Source: the human T2T-CHM13v2.0 reference genome, Homo sapiens
Strand: one strand, 5' to 3'
Assembly: GCF_009914755.1 (NCBI RefSeq)
Contig: NC_060926.1
DNA: 64,000 nucleotides
The position numbers were made by a program, and so were the translations under genes. The notes under the pieces are model-generated. The model was not told the origin of the DNA. It searched no databases and was given only the letters and a program-made list of their open reading frames with translations. This document shows, in pieces, positions 1 to 11,380 of this stretch; position 1 is the stretch's first letter, and every line of letters begins with the position of its first letter.

Positions 1-59
1 CTGCCAGAGTAACTAGTCCAGGAATGAGCCTGTAGCCATGCCGTACACCAACAGCTCAT

Positions 60-400
60 AGCATTTCTCTGATCACAGGGATCATACATCTGCAAATTGG
101 GGTAGACACTGGCCCCAATTTATCAGTCAGAATAAAACCCTTAGCTTCTGTTCGGTGGCTGTGGAAGAGAGGCTCTCTTCCATCATCTGAGATGCACATT
201 TGAGTCCTGGAACTACAGCAACAATTATCTTACCATGAAAAAGCCTGCCTGAGAATTAAAGCAACCCATGGAAGACCGCAGAGCTGAGGGAGATAGAAAA
301 GAAGCCAGAATCCTGAAATCTACTCTATATCTGGGCTTGAGTCAATAATTGTCATCTGTGTTTAGGCTGTTTTGACTTGCAAGAAAGCACAAATGTTGTA
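60..400 (+). mobile_element. Old MaLR LTR remnant (MLT1K/L-like)
   Basis: Motifs such as 'gcctgcctgagaattaaagcaacc...gcagagctgag...gaatcctga' resemble MLT1 LTR consensus; boundaries approximate. Confidence 0.5.
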
Positions 401-1899
401 CTGTGCTTTGATGGAGGTGATGGTAGGCCATCAGCAAGTACATGTCCGGCACTTGTGTTACGGACATGCATCTAAAGTTCAGGACACCAACTGAGGATGG
501 GCTTGAGTAACATGGAGGGAGATGGTAGCATGCCACACAGGAGCTGCTCAATATGTAAATATTAATTGAGTGTGTTTTGAGTAATCAGAATGGGTTGGGA
601 CTTGCTGGGGGAAAAGATAAGATGGAGACTAGAGATCTGAAGACTGAAAAGTCACTTAGGATCGAGAGAAGTGGGAACTAGTGAAGGAGGCTCTGGAGTA
701 GATAGGAAGTGAGCTCTAATATTGCCACATTGTTGTGCCTAATGAGAGAAGAGAACTGGTGAACTACAATGTCAAATCCTTTAGAGACACCAAGAGAATC
801 AATAGACAAGCTTGGTAATTTGGAGGCTATTGCTGACTGGGTGGAATGCATAAAAACCAACAGTAAGTGACTTTGAATGTTGTTAGGTTTATGATAAATA
901 TGGTATAAACAAAGTTTCCCAGAGACACTGGCCCAACAAAATATAGTCACAATGACAGACACAAAATGGATTTTTTTTTTCTGGTCCTGCTTCTATTTGC
1001 TCTGTAGATAAATCCAGAGGATTAAAAATTCTTCACACCTTTCTGGGGGACTCCAGAGTTTTTTTGTATTCATGACAAACCACTGATTCCAAGTGGTATC
1101 TGCCGTTTTCCTCCTCTCCTCAGCTGGCTCTCTGTGGGGACAGGTGATGCTTACAAAGGTACACAGTAAAGCAGAGAGGTGACTCCTGGGAGGCTAGCCA
1201 GTCAACAGCTGTAGCCAGTCAATGTCCGTAGCTTATGGCATTCATCCTGGAAGTATGACACCACCATCAGGATGTAGCTAGTCCCCAGCTCTGGAGCTCA
1301 GAAGTCTCCTTTCATCAGCATACCAAGACAGGGCTATCCCTTTGGTGGGGCCTGGATTAACCTAGCTCTCAGAGACTTGTCTCCTATGGATCCATTTGTT
1401 AAATTTTAGAGAGCAATACAACCGTCAAGAGATGAGAATGCCTGGACTGGCAGAGGTTTGGTAAGCAAGGAATCCAAACATTAGGACTGATTTGATTCAA
1501 GAAGTGTCTCCTTGCTAAAACAGATTGAGGTACTCTAGGGATGGTGTTGCCTAGAAATTCAAAATGTTAGTGCTTAAGCAAAATTTTTTTTTCTGTAGGC
1601 AACAGTTGCATAATTATTTGCCAACATTTTCTTCCTCTGGGACCCTGTTTTTTTCCCCTGCTTCTGTGGCTGATCATCTTCTATTCATGTGTTTTTTCTT
1701 CCAAATTCAGGTCTGATATGCTTGATTAGGATTCTGCTTACGACCAAATGCCCATTCTGCCTCCTTGAGATTTCTCTCAGTAACCTTGACTGGAATTTTA
1801 AGTGTTCACAAACATTCCCTTTATACATTTTTAAAGGCCATGTTTGGTGTGTATTCCCATAGTTGAAAAGGTATATCCAGTGATGTGGATATTTTCTAG

Positions 1900-2000
1900 T
1901 TCAATCATTCATTCTATAAACATTCCTACTATGTGTCAGGTACTGTGTTAGATGCTGGATAATAATTTAAGATAGACACAATCCTGTTCTTCTCAGCTTC
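1900..2000 (-). mobile_element. L2 3'-end fragment
   Basis: 'tcaatcattcattc...cctactatgtgtcaggtactgtgttagatgctgg' is the typical reverse-complement L2 3' end. Confidence 0.6.
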
Positions 2001-2600
2001 TAAGAATGAGTACTGAGAGAGATTTCCCTCTAGTCCCTGGATATTGTGATAGTTCCTGTTGCTGCTGGAGTCCCAAATGGCAACACCTCTGGGAGTACCC
2101 ATTGATGTCTGTCAGTGTTGGTTGGTTCTCTTGTTGGTAATTCCATGGACCTATGTCCCTGGCAGCCAGAGGGTGCTAGTGGGCAGCTGGGTCTGTCCCT
2201 AAGCCTGGGCTGAGGGCAGCCAGGGCTATGAAAGCATGCATAATGCATACTGAGGGCACCATCTTCTGATGCTGCTGAGGCTGATGTCTTCAGTGCTAAC
2301 CACTCTGCTCCTCCAAACTTCTGGCTGTTCTAGCATTTCTCATTCTTACTGTAGCCCCTTTGTCTAGGACTCACTGCCCCCTAATCCTACAACCAAAACG
2401 TACATATTGACTTTTTCTTCCCTTAGGATGAGTTTTTTTTTTTTTTGTCCTCTGGAAAGTAATTATTTTTCCTGCTGCAAATAGAATGTTGGCTTGCCTG
2501 CTTCACCATTCCTTTACATATATGGAGATATCCTAAACCCCTCAGTAAACACACCTCAGGGTCAAGTCAATGCACCTGTAACAGATTAATTTAATTCTAT

Positions 2601-2603
<3 letters not shown>

Positions 2604-2661
<58 letters not shown>

Positions 2662-2669
2662 ATACATAC
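2604..2669. repeat. (TA)n microsatellite followed by short CA/TACA repeats
   Basis: About 24 uninterrupted TA units visible, then cacaca/tacataca. Confidence 0.97.
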
Positions 2670-3894
2670 AGAAGATTAATCCAGGGCCTAGCAAAGGACC
2701 TTGCATAATAAAAGGAAGGACAAGAGGGAGGTAATGAAAAGGTGGAGGGAAATAAGGAGGAGGAACAGAATAAAGAAGGAATTACTAGTGCACAATTCAA
2801 AATGTCTAGTAGTGCATAATAAATGCTTAATAATGAAAGAGGAGGAATGGATGATAGTAATGATTTACAGTTTTCTAGAGATTCTGATACTTTTTAAGAG
2901 AATATATGTTATGTAAACATGACATCCATTTTAGGATGAATGAAGAGAAACAAGGTTATTAATTGCCAAGAGACAAAATGTAGCTGGAATATGTAACAAA
3001 ATATTTAAAGCGAAATCCTCAAATACATTTACAAATTACTTTATATTTACAGGGATAAAAATGTCATTTCTTCTGAAATTTTAGATGGCAAGTTTGAGCC
3101 AAATTCATATTAACCATTTCCGGAATCCATGTGAGAGAATAATAGTACAGAAATTGCTTATCCAGAGTGTAAGGAGGCTGCAGCATCAGCTGGAAAGTGA
3201 GTCTGTGTGTGACAGGCTTTTCACCTCATTGAGAGGCAGAGCCACATGCTGTGAGATGCTGAGGCCCCTGCTGTGAAATGGTGTACTGCACATTTGCTGG
3301 GTTTGTTGTATTGCTACGCTCTTTGCATTTTGTGGTTCAGGCAATAAGCAGCAGAATATGCGAAATGAGGACAAGTATATTAAAGATATCTTGTAGCTTT
3401 TGGTTGCACATATTTAAACTGCTAGAAACAGTAGCTCCGGGTTCATACTTTCTGTCCTTTATATGTGTTTAATCAGTTAGAAAGCCTATCTCTGCTTTGT
3501 AAAGCAATAACTAGGAGGCTGATCTTTATGTTCAGAAAAAAAGGGACATGTCAGAAACACTGTTATCAGGAATCTTATGCATATGGAATGGTGTGTAGTA
3601 GGTAGAAAGAGACAGATCCAGAAAAGCTATTTCTTCCTGAACGGAAATGCTTACTATAAGATTAATTGCATGACCCTAAGCAGAGACCCTCTCATCCAGC
3701 TATAGGCAAAAGAGTTTCCAGAGAAAGTGACATGTGTGAACTGCTTGTATGAGCTCTATCTCTGAAAGGAAGGGGCTTGGATATTTCCTACTATATCCTT
3801 CCCCTGCTTCAAGACTTTAATCCAGATGAAGTGACATGAGAGTGACTCTGTCTGGTAGGAGACAGAAATGATTCTATGACAATAATACAAAATA

Positions 3895-4290
3895 TTATAT
3901 TAGCCTTGTTTCCTCATTCAGTGGTAAGTAGTAAAAATTCAGCTTGCACTGTCTTAAACAAAGAAAATAAAATATTGACTCCAGGGTATATGATCAGGCA
4001 AAGCTGGATCCTTCTACGCAGAGATTGCTATCAAGAACCTAACTCACTCCATTAACTTGACTTGTTTTTTGCTTGGTGTTGGCTTTGTTTTTAGGGTCTT
4101 TCTGAACAGCTGAACACTTATAATCCACCCTCTTAGCAACACCAGCTGAAGTATCTTTCTTTTCTACTACACATCCAGAAACAGTTCTTAAGTTGATGCT
4201 CATTGGTCCAGATTGGGACGTGTATCCATTCCCGAACCCAGCACCATCACTCTGATTAACAGAACCTGGGTCATATACCTTCTCTTTCCC
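3895..4290 (-). mobile_element. MLT1 (MaLR) LTR remnant
   Basis: 'ctcattggtccagattgggacgtgtatccattcccgaacc' and the 5' 'tcagtggtaagtagtaaaaattcagc...ttaaacaaa' resemble old MLT1 LTRs. Confidence 0.5.
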
Positions 4291-4409
4291 CTCAATCAGA
4301 TTAGTCTCAAACCCACCCACGCCACTGGTCTGACAGTGAGAGAGGGATGGCTCTATGAACTCTGTGGGAAAAAAACAAAAGCACAAACAAAATAAACCCA
4401 AAAACAAAA

Positions 4410-4640
4410 GAGAGAAAACTTAAGCAAGTGGAAGGACATTCTATATTCTTGGATAGAATGGCTTAACCTCACAGAAATGTCAATTCTCAAGTTAATATAT
4501 AAATTTAAGGCTTTCCCCCACTACCCTGCCAAACTGCCACTGAATTTTTCCCCTGGAGCTAGACAAGTGGAATCTAAAGGTAATTTGGAAAATAAACAAA
4601 AGAAGAACAACTAGGTAAATGCTGGAATAAAGAGTAATGA
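4410..4640 (+). mobile_element. Old L1M ORF2 fragment
   Basis: 'cttaagcaagtggaaggacattctatattcttggataga' translates LSKWKDILYSWI, matching L1 ORF2 LNKWKDIPCSWIG. Confidence 0.7.
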
Positions 4641-5789
4641 AACAAACCATGCTTTATTGTCTCATTAGTGTTTCTAATATTACTTGTTACAAACAATAGA
4701 GCATTCTTTACATGTATTCATGTTCATGTGTGCAAGCTTTTTCTCTGAGGTATCTCTTTAGAATGGGAATTAGTAGATTTAGGATATGTTCATTTACTAA
4801 ATAGTTCTTTTTTAATTTTAAAGGTTTAAAAACTTAAATATAATGTGACTTATGCATATTTCTGTGTAAATATTTTCCCAGTACAGTTTACATAGTTATT
4901 AAAAGTTCTGGGAATGATAGAACTCACCCCACAGAATGAGAGTTAATTGAGAGTTGAGTTTACTGAACGATTAATATAATTACACTACAGAAAATCTAAA
5001 AGTAGCACACATTGTGATGTAATTAACTGAACTTCTAGTATCTTTTCAGTGGGCAAGTCTTGTAACTCTTGGTTAGCCTTTTTCTTTTTCTTTGATCATT
5101 TTGGTTCTCTGTGGCCCATGATTTCCATTCTGGTCCTCCTCCCATCTTTCTTGAATTGATCAGTCCCTTATATCAAACATTTAATTACTGGAAAAGAATT
5201 CTCAGACTCTTTGAGTTTTTTTTAAAATCCACACATGAATGAGTTTTCTGTTTCAAACATGTAACACAGTGCTTGGCTAATAAAAGACCTTCTGTTCAAC
5301 TAAAGTGTTCATCAATTATAGTTTATAGCTCCAACCACCCCTGACCTTATTTGCATAGCACCATGCAAAGTTCCATACTGGAACTTCCAATGATGTTTGA
5401 AAATAATATTGCCAAATGGTTCCAATAAAAATACTAGGATCACTTGAGAAAAAAGTATTAACCACAAACCAAAAATACACATGCCATGGGGAGCAGTTTG
5501 TTGATGACAATCTATTTTACATCCTATGCTTTACATTGGATCATTTCTAACCAAATGTTCATTTTTTCAAGAAAATACTATGTTTTCAAACAAGTGAATT
5601 ATATATCCCAAAAAAGAAAGATTTTTGGGGTCAACATGTACTGTGCTGTATTAATTGGTCCATATATTTACCATGAAGAGTACTGATTTTGTCAAGAAAC
5701 TTCTCTGAAGTTCATTTCAGAGTATTTTTCTGAGAATTTTGCAAACCAGGGTAGCATTTTATAGCTGAATTTTAATTTTCACATTATAT

Positions 5790-6270
5790 CTGTATTACCT
5801 ATTATTGTGTAATCAATTGCCCCAGCATTTTTGTGTCTGTAAATAACAATAAGCACTTATGGTCTGACATAGCATTTATTATTTTTGTGGATCAGGTATG
5901 TGGCCTGGCTGGGTGGTTCTGGCACAGTGTTTCTCCTGAGGTTGAGTCAGTTGTTCATTAGGGCAGCAGCCATGTGAAGGTTTAACTGGGGCTGGATGAT
6001 CCACTTGCAGAGTGGCTCGCTTACATAGCTGGCATGTGGCTCCTTGCCATATGGGCCTTTCCATAAAACAGCTTGAGTAATGGTCTCATGCAGGAGCATG
6101 ATTCCCTATGGCAAGCGTAACAGAATTTCCACGTGGAATTGTTCAAATATCACCTCCTGTTTTGAGACTCTGATAGACTACTTCATTGTACTGATAGGTA
6201 TGACATGGGAAAAAATTAGAACTAATAATGTATGTAATGAAAGGAATTACTTGTATGTCATGATTTTCTG
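5790..6270 (-). mobile_element. MLT1 (F-H group) LTR remnant
   Basis: Begins tgtatt; contains 'gaaggtttaactggggctggatgatccactt...gtggctcgcttacatagctggca', typical of MLT1. Confidence 0.6.
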
Positions 6271-6309
6271 AAATCAAAGTCACTGGCATTATGTTGGCCA
6301 ATTTTTGGA

Positions 6310-6470
6310 TTTTATCTCAAAGCCATATTTATGACAATCCAGTGAAGTGAGTTTTATTTTCTCCAATTTGCAGATCAGAAAACTGAGAAAATGTCTGCTC
6401 AGGTAATTGTTCCATGAAGCTTAAATTTGAATTTAGGCTGTTGACTCTGAAGCTTTCACTCCTAAAATTA
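6310..6470 (-). mobile_element. MIR SINE fragment
   Basis: MIR core 'ctccaatttgcagatcagaaaactgag' and 'tttgaatttaggctgttgactctgaagc'. Confidence 0.6.
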
Positions 6471-6499
6471 TATCAGACTATACTGTCTCATCTATAGCT

Positions 6500-7420
6500 T
6501 TTATTTACAAAACAGAAAGCTCCATTTTATTAGGAGAATTTTGAATATACAATAACAAGTAGACAGAGTAATTTTATGAATCAATATGTACTCAACACCC
6601 AGCTGCACTATCAATACTTAGCCATTAATATCTCTTCTATGTTTTTCTCTCCTTATTTATTTTGAAGGAAATCTCAGACATCATTTAATTTTATCTATAA
6701 GTAAGTACTTCAGCATGAGTATCAAAAAAGATAAGTGCTTTTAAAAACATCGATGATATCAGGCCAAAAAAATTAACACAAATCTTTTATCATCATCAGA
6801 TATTCAGTCAATGTTCAAATTTCCAATGTTCCATAAATGTTTTTCTTTGAAATTTTAAAATTTGAATCATGATTCAAATAATGTCCACACAATGTAATTG
6901 ATTGGTATATATTTTAATTTTATTTTAATCTATATGTTTCCCTCTGTTTTTGATAATCAATAAACATGTATTTTCAGAATTTGCTTATTATGAAGAAAGC
7001 TGCAATAGATCTTGTAATTGTTTTTCTGGGAACTGATGCTTCATGTCTTCATACATTTTTTATTGCAGTGGTTTTTAAATACTGATTTATGAGTTCTTTA
7101 AATGTTAAAGAAATTACCTCATTTTCTGATGTGTGTGTTACAAATATCTTTCTCCAATTTGTTGTTTGTCTTTTAACTTTTTTGTGGTATTTCTTCTTCT
7201 ACAAAAGTTTAAAATTTGTATGTGGTCAAAATTTCAGTATTTTCTATTATAATTTTGGGTTTAACATCTTGGAAAGGCCCTCTCCATGCCATACTTTGAT
7301 ATGATTCTAGCAGTCTTTAATAGATTCCCCTCACCCCCACACAAACTTGGTATGAGAAAATTTTCTAGGCTTATCTTATGTATTTCTGCCCTAGACTTGG
7401 ACTCAGATATTCTTCAAGGA
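6500..7420 (-). mobile_element. Old L1M (L1MC/ME) 3' fragments
   Basis: T-rich sequence with L1M antisense motifs 'caaatatctttctccaatttgttgtttgtcttttaactttt'. Confidence 0.5.
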
Positions 7421-7962
7421 TGCTACTGCAAACTCAGAGGGGTTCAGTGAGATATTTAAATTTTTGAGCAATACTCAATATCTATTGACAGGCAATGAAC
7501 TACTGGCACAAGGTAGTTCCCATTTCAACATTAGGTGGCACTTTAATATTTTCAGTGATGGCATGTATTTGCAGCATTAGGTGTTTGTGGTTACTGGGAT
7601 AAAAGCCAAGTGCCTCCGGAAATCACTGTAGAACAGAAAAAGTGGTGTGTCCAATTTGATTCTAAGGTTTGAGAAGCTGTGCAGTTCCCAACAGGTGCAT
7701 ATATCCTATTGGTAAGCGTGTGTCATTGTTAAAGAAGAAAATAAGTTTTTTTTTCCAATTTATGTGCATTATTTTTTAAATGGCTACTCAGTTGTTAGGA
7801 AGTGGGTATTTAACAAGTTATTTGAACTTAACTCCTTAATAAATGAAACTGTTGAGTATTTTAAAACTTTTTGTCTAGGGGCGCTGTGAAAAAACACCAA
7901 GACACCAAGACAAACCGAGACACCAAGAACGTTATAAACTATGAAAGTCTGGGAGCCTCTGG
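7420..7962. mobile_element. hAT-Charlie DNA transposon remnant (Charlie4-like)
   Basis: Transposase C-terminal-like 'aggtttgagaagctgtgcagttcccaacaggtgcat' and terminal 'aaagtctgggagcctctg'. Confidence 0.5.
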
Positions 7963-8571
7963 ATAAGACTCTGCTTGTTTTTGTCTGCATGCAGCTGAGT
8001 CAGAGCTCTCTTCCAAGTGTCACCACTGCCATTTTCTAATTTACTCCTGCTTGCCTTATTAGCGTCATCTTTGATCCAGGTTTGCTTTGTGGCAACTCCT
8101 TTAACTCACTTGCCCAACATTTGAGGGTTCATTTAGCTAAAACGACAAGATGATACAGTGGAACGTGGTTGGAGTGCTAGTCAGGTAAAACCTTAGGTTT
8201 TATCCATTCGTTTGAGACTCGAGCTCGCTTTCTGTGATGGTTGACATATGGTGCTGCATTAATTTCCAGGGGCCGATTTCCTTACTGAATAGCCACGTCA
8301 GCAAATTTCAGACCAACCTGGCTGCTCTATCAGGCACAGATTAATGACAATATAATACAATATGCCGGAGGCAAACGAACAACCCGGGCACCACTGCCGA
8401 CCTCTTGATTCTCCCACCTTCCCTCAAGACACTAGGAATTTAATGTGCTCATGGCTACTGGACAGACAGAACGAGGCAGGGTGCTGGGGCGAATTGGTAC
8501 ACGAAATACTAGTGAAGTTTATCTACTTTATTATTTTTCTTTAGATAGAATAGAATTAGAAATAATAATGT

Positions 8572-8738
8572 GGCTGGGTGCGGTGGCTCACGCCTGTAAT
8601 CCCAGCACTTTGGGAGGCCGAGGCGGGTGGATCACGAGGTCGGGAGTTTGAGACCAGCCGAGATCAAGCCACTGCACTCCAGCCTGGGCAGCAGAGTGAG
8701 ACTCTTGTCTCGAAAATAAAATAAAATAAAATAAATAA
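8572..8738 (+). mobile_element. Alu (Sc/Sg/Y-type left arm) with ~150-bp internal deletion
   Basis: Left arm through 'gagaccagcc' is fused to right-arm 'gagatcaagccactgcactccagcc'; (AAAAT)n tail; 'atcacgaggtc' 2-bp-deletion diagnostic. Confidence 0.92.
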
Positions 8739-10084
8739 TAGAATTAGAAACAATCAAAATATAGTTTTTATCGTATTTTTTTTAGAACGCCTGCACTGTG
8801 TGCCCCCTCTTTGGAGACCACTACTCCAGGGCACTTAGTTCCTGAAAGGTCACGTTTTTGTTGCTACAGCTTTTCCTGAGATAAACCAATGAAGCCATTT
8901 ATTGGCTGTCACGCCCTTCAGCAAGTAAGCCATGGCCAGGTTTGCCTCATCTCCTGACTCCAAGTGTGATACAAGAAGCTCTACCTGGCTGCTTTGTTTA
9001 GAGACAAGTTAGGTCTGCTAGGCCTGCGTTTACGAGTTTTTATAAAACTTCCAGCAGCATATTCTGTGTGGCAGAACACATTCTGGAGCTATTAGGGTGG
9101 GTTTGTTGACCTGGGTTTGCTCCAACTTCCTACACTCTGCTCCTTCCCCCTCCACTCCCTCACCCAGCCAAAGCCCTTCAAGATATTCATTTGCCCTGGG
9201 CATGGCCACACACAGAAGAGTAAGGAAAGAAGAAAAAGTTATTTACTTTTCTAAATACATTGAAAAATCTATGGTAGAACTACATCTTGAAAGCCAGGTG
9301 CTTTTGGTTTGCAAGAGCTTTTTGAGAGAAAAAAAGATTTTTTTTTTTTGAATTCCATAATCTTCACTTTAAGCATCAAGCATCAAAGGAAATCTTCGGT
9401 AAAGCTGATCCATTAATCACAAATGTGAGATAATATTACCACCCACCCCTACCTCCCCCAGGCAGAGATATAAAATCCCTTTCTGCATGGAAGATGAGGA
9501 AAAGAAACTTCCAGAATTCATTATGTACCAACTCTCCATGGTTCAAGACAGCAAGGGTGATCACAATCCTACATAAAGATCCTATAGAAGATCCCACAGA
9601 AAAAATTTGCATGTGACTCCTTTTCAAGTGCAGCCCAAGGAGACTGTCAGCTTCTCTGTGAATCCACTGGCTGGCTAAGGGCTGCTGTGGTGGCTCGGCA
9701 GTGAGTCCTTTGCAAGCAAATGGGCTTGCAGGCAGCTTCCTGCGTTTAGGCAGCAGAGAATTCCTGGTCTCTGAGATGGTGTTGGGAGTTGGGGCAGAGA
9801 GTGAGAAAATCCAAAAGGACAACACAACAGGGATGAGGAGGCTGCAAAGTGTACAGACTATTCAACTGGAAATCATAATGAGTGCACAGGTATTTCTTGT
9901 TATTTATTTCCTCTTGCCTTATGACTATCACGTCTGACAACTATGGACCAGGTACCCTTTCCCCTGTTGCCATGACTCTACATATGTCCAAGTAGAACAA
10001 AAATGCAGCCCCCAGGGAAGAGGGAGGAAGGCCCAGAACCTTGAAATGACTGAATTGAGATCCTGAAATGACCAAGAGGGAATA

Positions 10085-10290
10085 AACTTATTCAACGTGC
10101 ATTTTTGAGTTTCTACAAAGGGCAGGCATTGTTCTAGGAACTGAGGATACAGAAATGAACACAAGAGGAAAAATTTTGCTTTTAGCAGCTTACATTTTCA
10201 AGGGGAATCCTAGACAATAAAAAGACAAATGAGCAAAATATACAGCATGTTTGATGGTTTGCTATGCAAAAGATTAAATCAAGGAAATAA
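10085..10290 (-). mobile_element. L2 3' fragment
   Basis: 'ttattcaacgtgcatttttgagtttctac...ggcaggcattgttctaggaactgaggatacag'. Confidence 0.65.
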
Positions 10291-10396
10291 GTTGACTAGT
10301 AGAATGGGGTCACATCAAAGCAATACAGGTGCCAACCTGAAAGATCTGGAACAATTTGAGTAATAAAATAGATAACATAGTATTGGATTTTAACCC

Positions 10397-11316
10397 TGTA
10401 TAGGATAAAACTCTCTCAAACCATGTTTTTCCTCTGCTGGCATAACACCACAGCAATCAACACAGAAGTCTTCTATGACCAAATGTGGGGGGGAATTTTC
10501 CCCACATGCCAAGCAGCAGATGCCAGCTGGGTGTCCTCCAATTCAGTTCTGACACTATCTCCATCTATCTGGAGACAGTATCCTATCTCACAGGTTGAAG
10601 GCTCAGTCCCTAAGACTGTTCCCCACCCCCTACCGCAAACACCAGTTACAAGTCCAGGCCTCTGGAACTTCTGACCAGCTGGTTTCAAGTTGGGGTTCCC
10701 ATGACTCCTGTTTGGGTTTGATTAATTTGCTGGAGTGGCTCAGAGAACTCAGGGAAACACTTACTTATGTTTTCTGCTTTATTAAGAAGGATATTTTAAA
10801 GGATACGAATAAATAGTCAGATGAAGAGATACATAGGGTAAGGTCAAAGGGGTCCCAAGTGCAGGAGCTTCTGTCCCTGTGGAGTTGGGGTACACCACCC
10901 TCCCAGCTCATGGACGAGTTATTCTTCATCTTCCTGTGAGCCTTTATGTGTTCAGCTCTCTGGAGGCTCCCCGAAACCTGTCTTTTCATGGACAACCTTG
11001 TTGAAACATGGCTGGCCAAAAAGTGCATTTTCTAAACACAATGAGGCTTGTCTGTTCGGATTCCTTGTGGTCTGTCTGTGAGACTTTCCTTCCTTGAGAG
11101 TACAAAGCAGGGACCCTGTCTGGAATGAGGGTCTTATGACCCACAATCAGATTAGAGTTCTACCTTGGGCAGGTGAAAGTAGGGCAGAAGAAGGTCAGAG
11201 AGAAAGATTTTGTCTCCTGAGGCCTGCTTCTGAGGCCTAAAGTGCCCCAACATTATAACAAAGGACTGTAACAAAGGTTATGGGAGTTATGAACTAGGAA
11301 CCGTGGAGGAAAATCT

Positions 11317-11359
<43 letters not shown>

Positions 11360-11380
11360 TGTATAATCATAATATCAAAA
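10397..11380. mobile_element. MER21-family ERV solo LTR with internal (TG)n
   Basis: Starts TG; MER21 motifs 'ccagctgggtgtcctccaattcagttctgacact', 'caggttgaaggctcagtcc', 'gctcagagaactcagggaaacactt'; 'accc' on both flanks (possible 4-bp TSD). Confidence 0.75.
11319..11362. repeat. (TG)n microsatellite
   Basis: Directly visible GT run with one interruption. Confidence 0.95.

Noticed and set aside
9436-9940. 129-aa and neighbouring ORFs in unique sequence
   Set aside because: No recognisable domain, no coherent splice structure, and lengths within random expectation.
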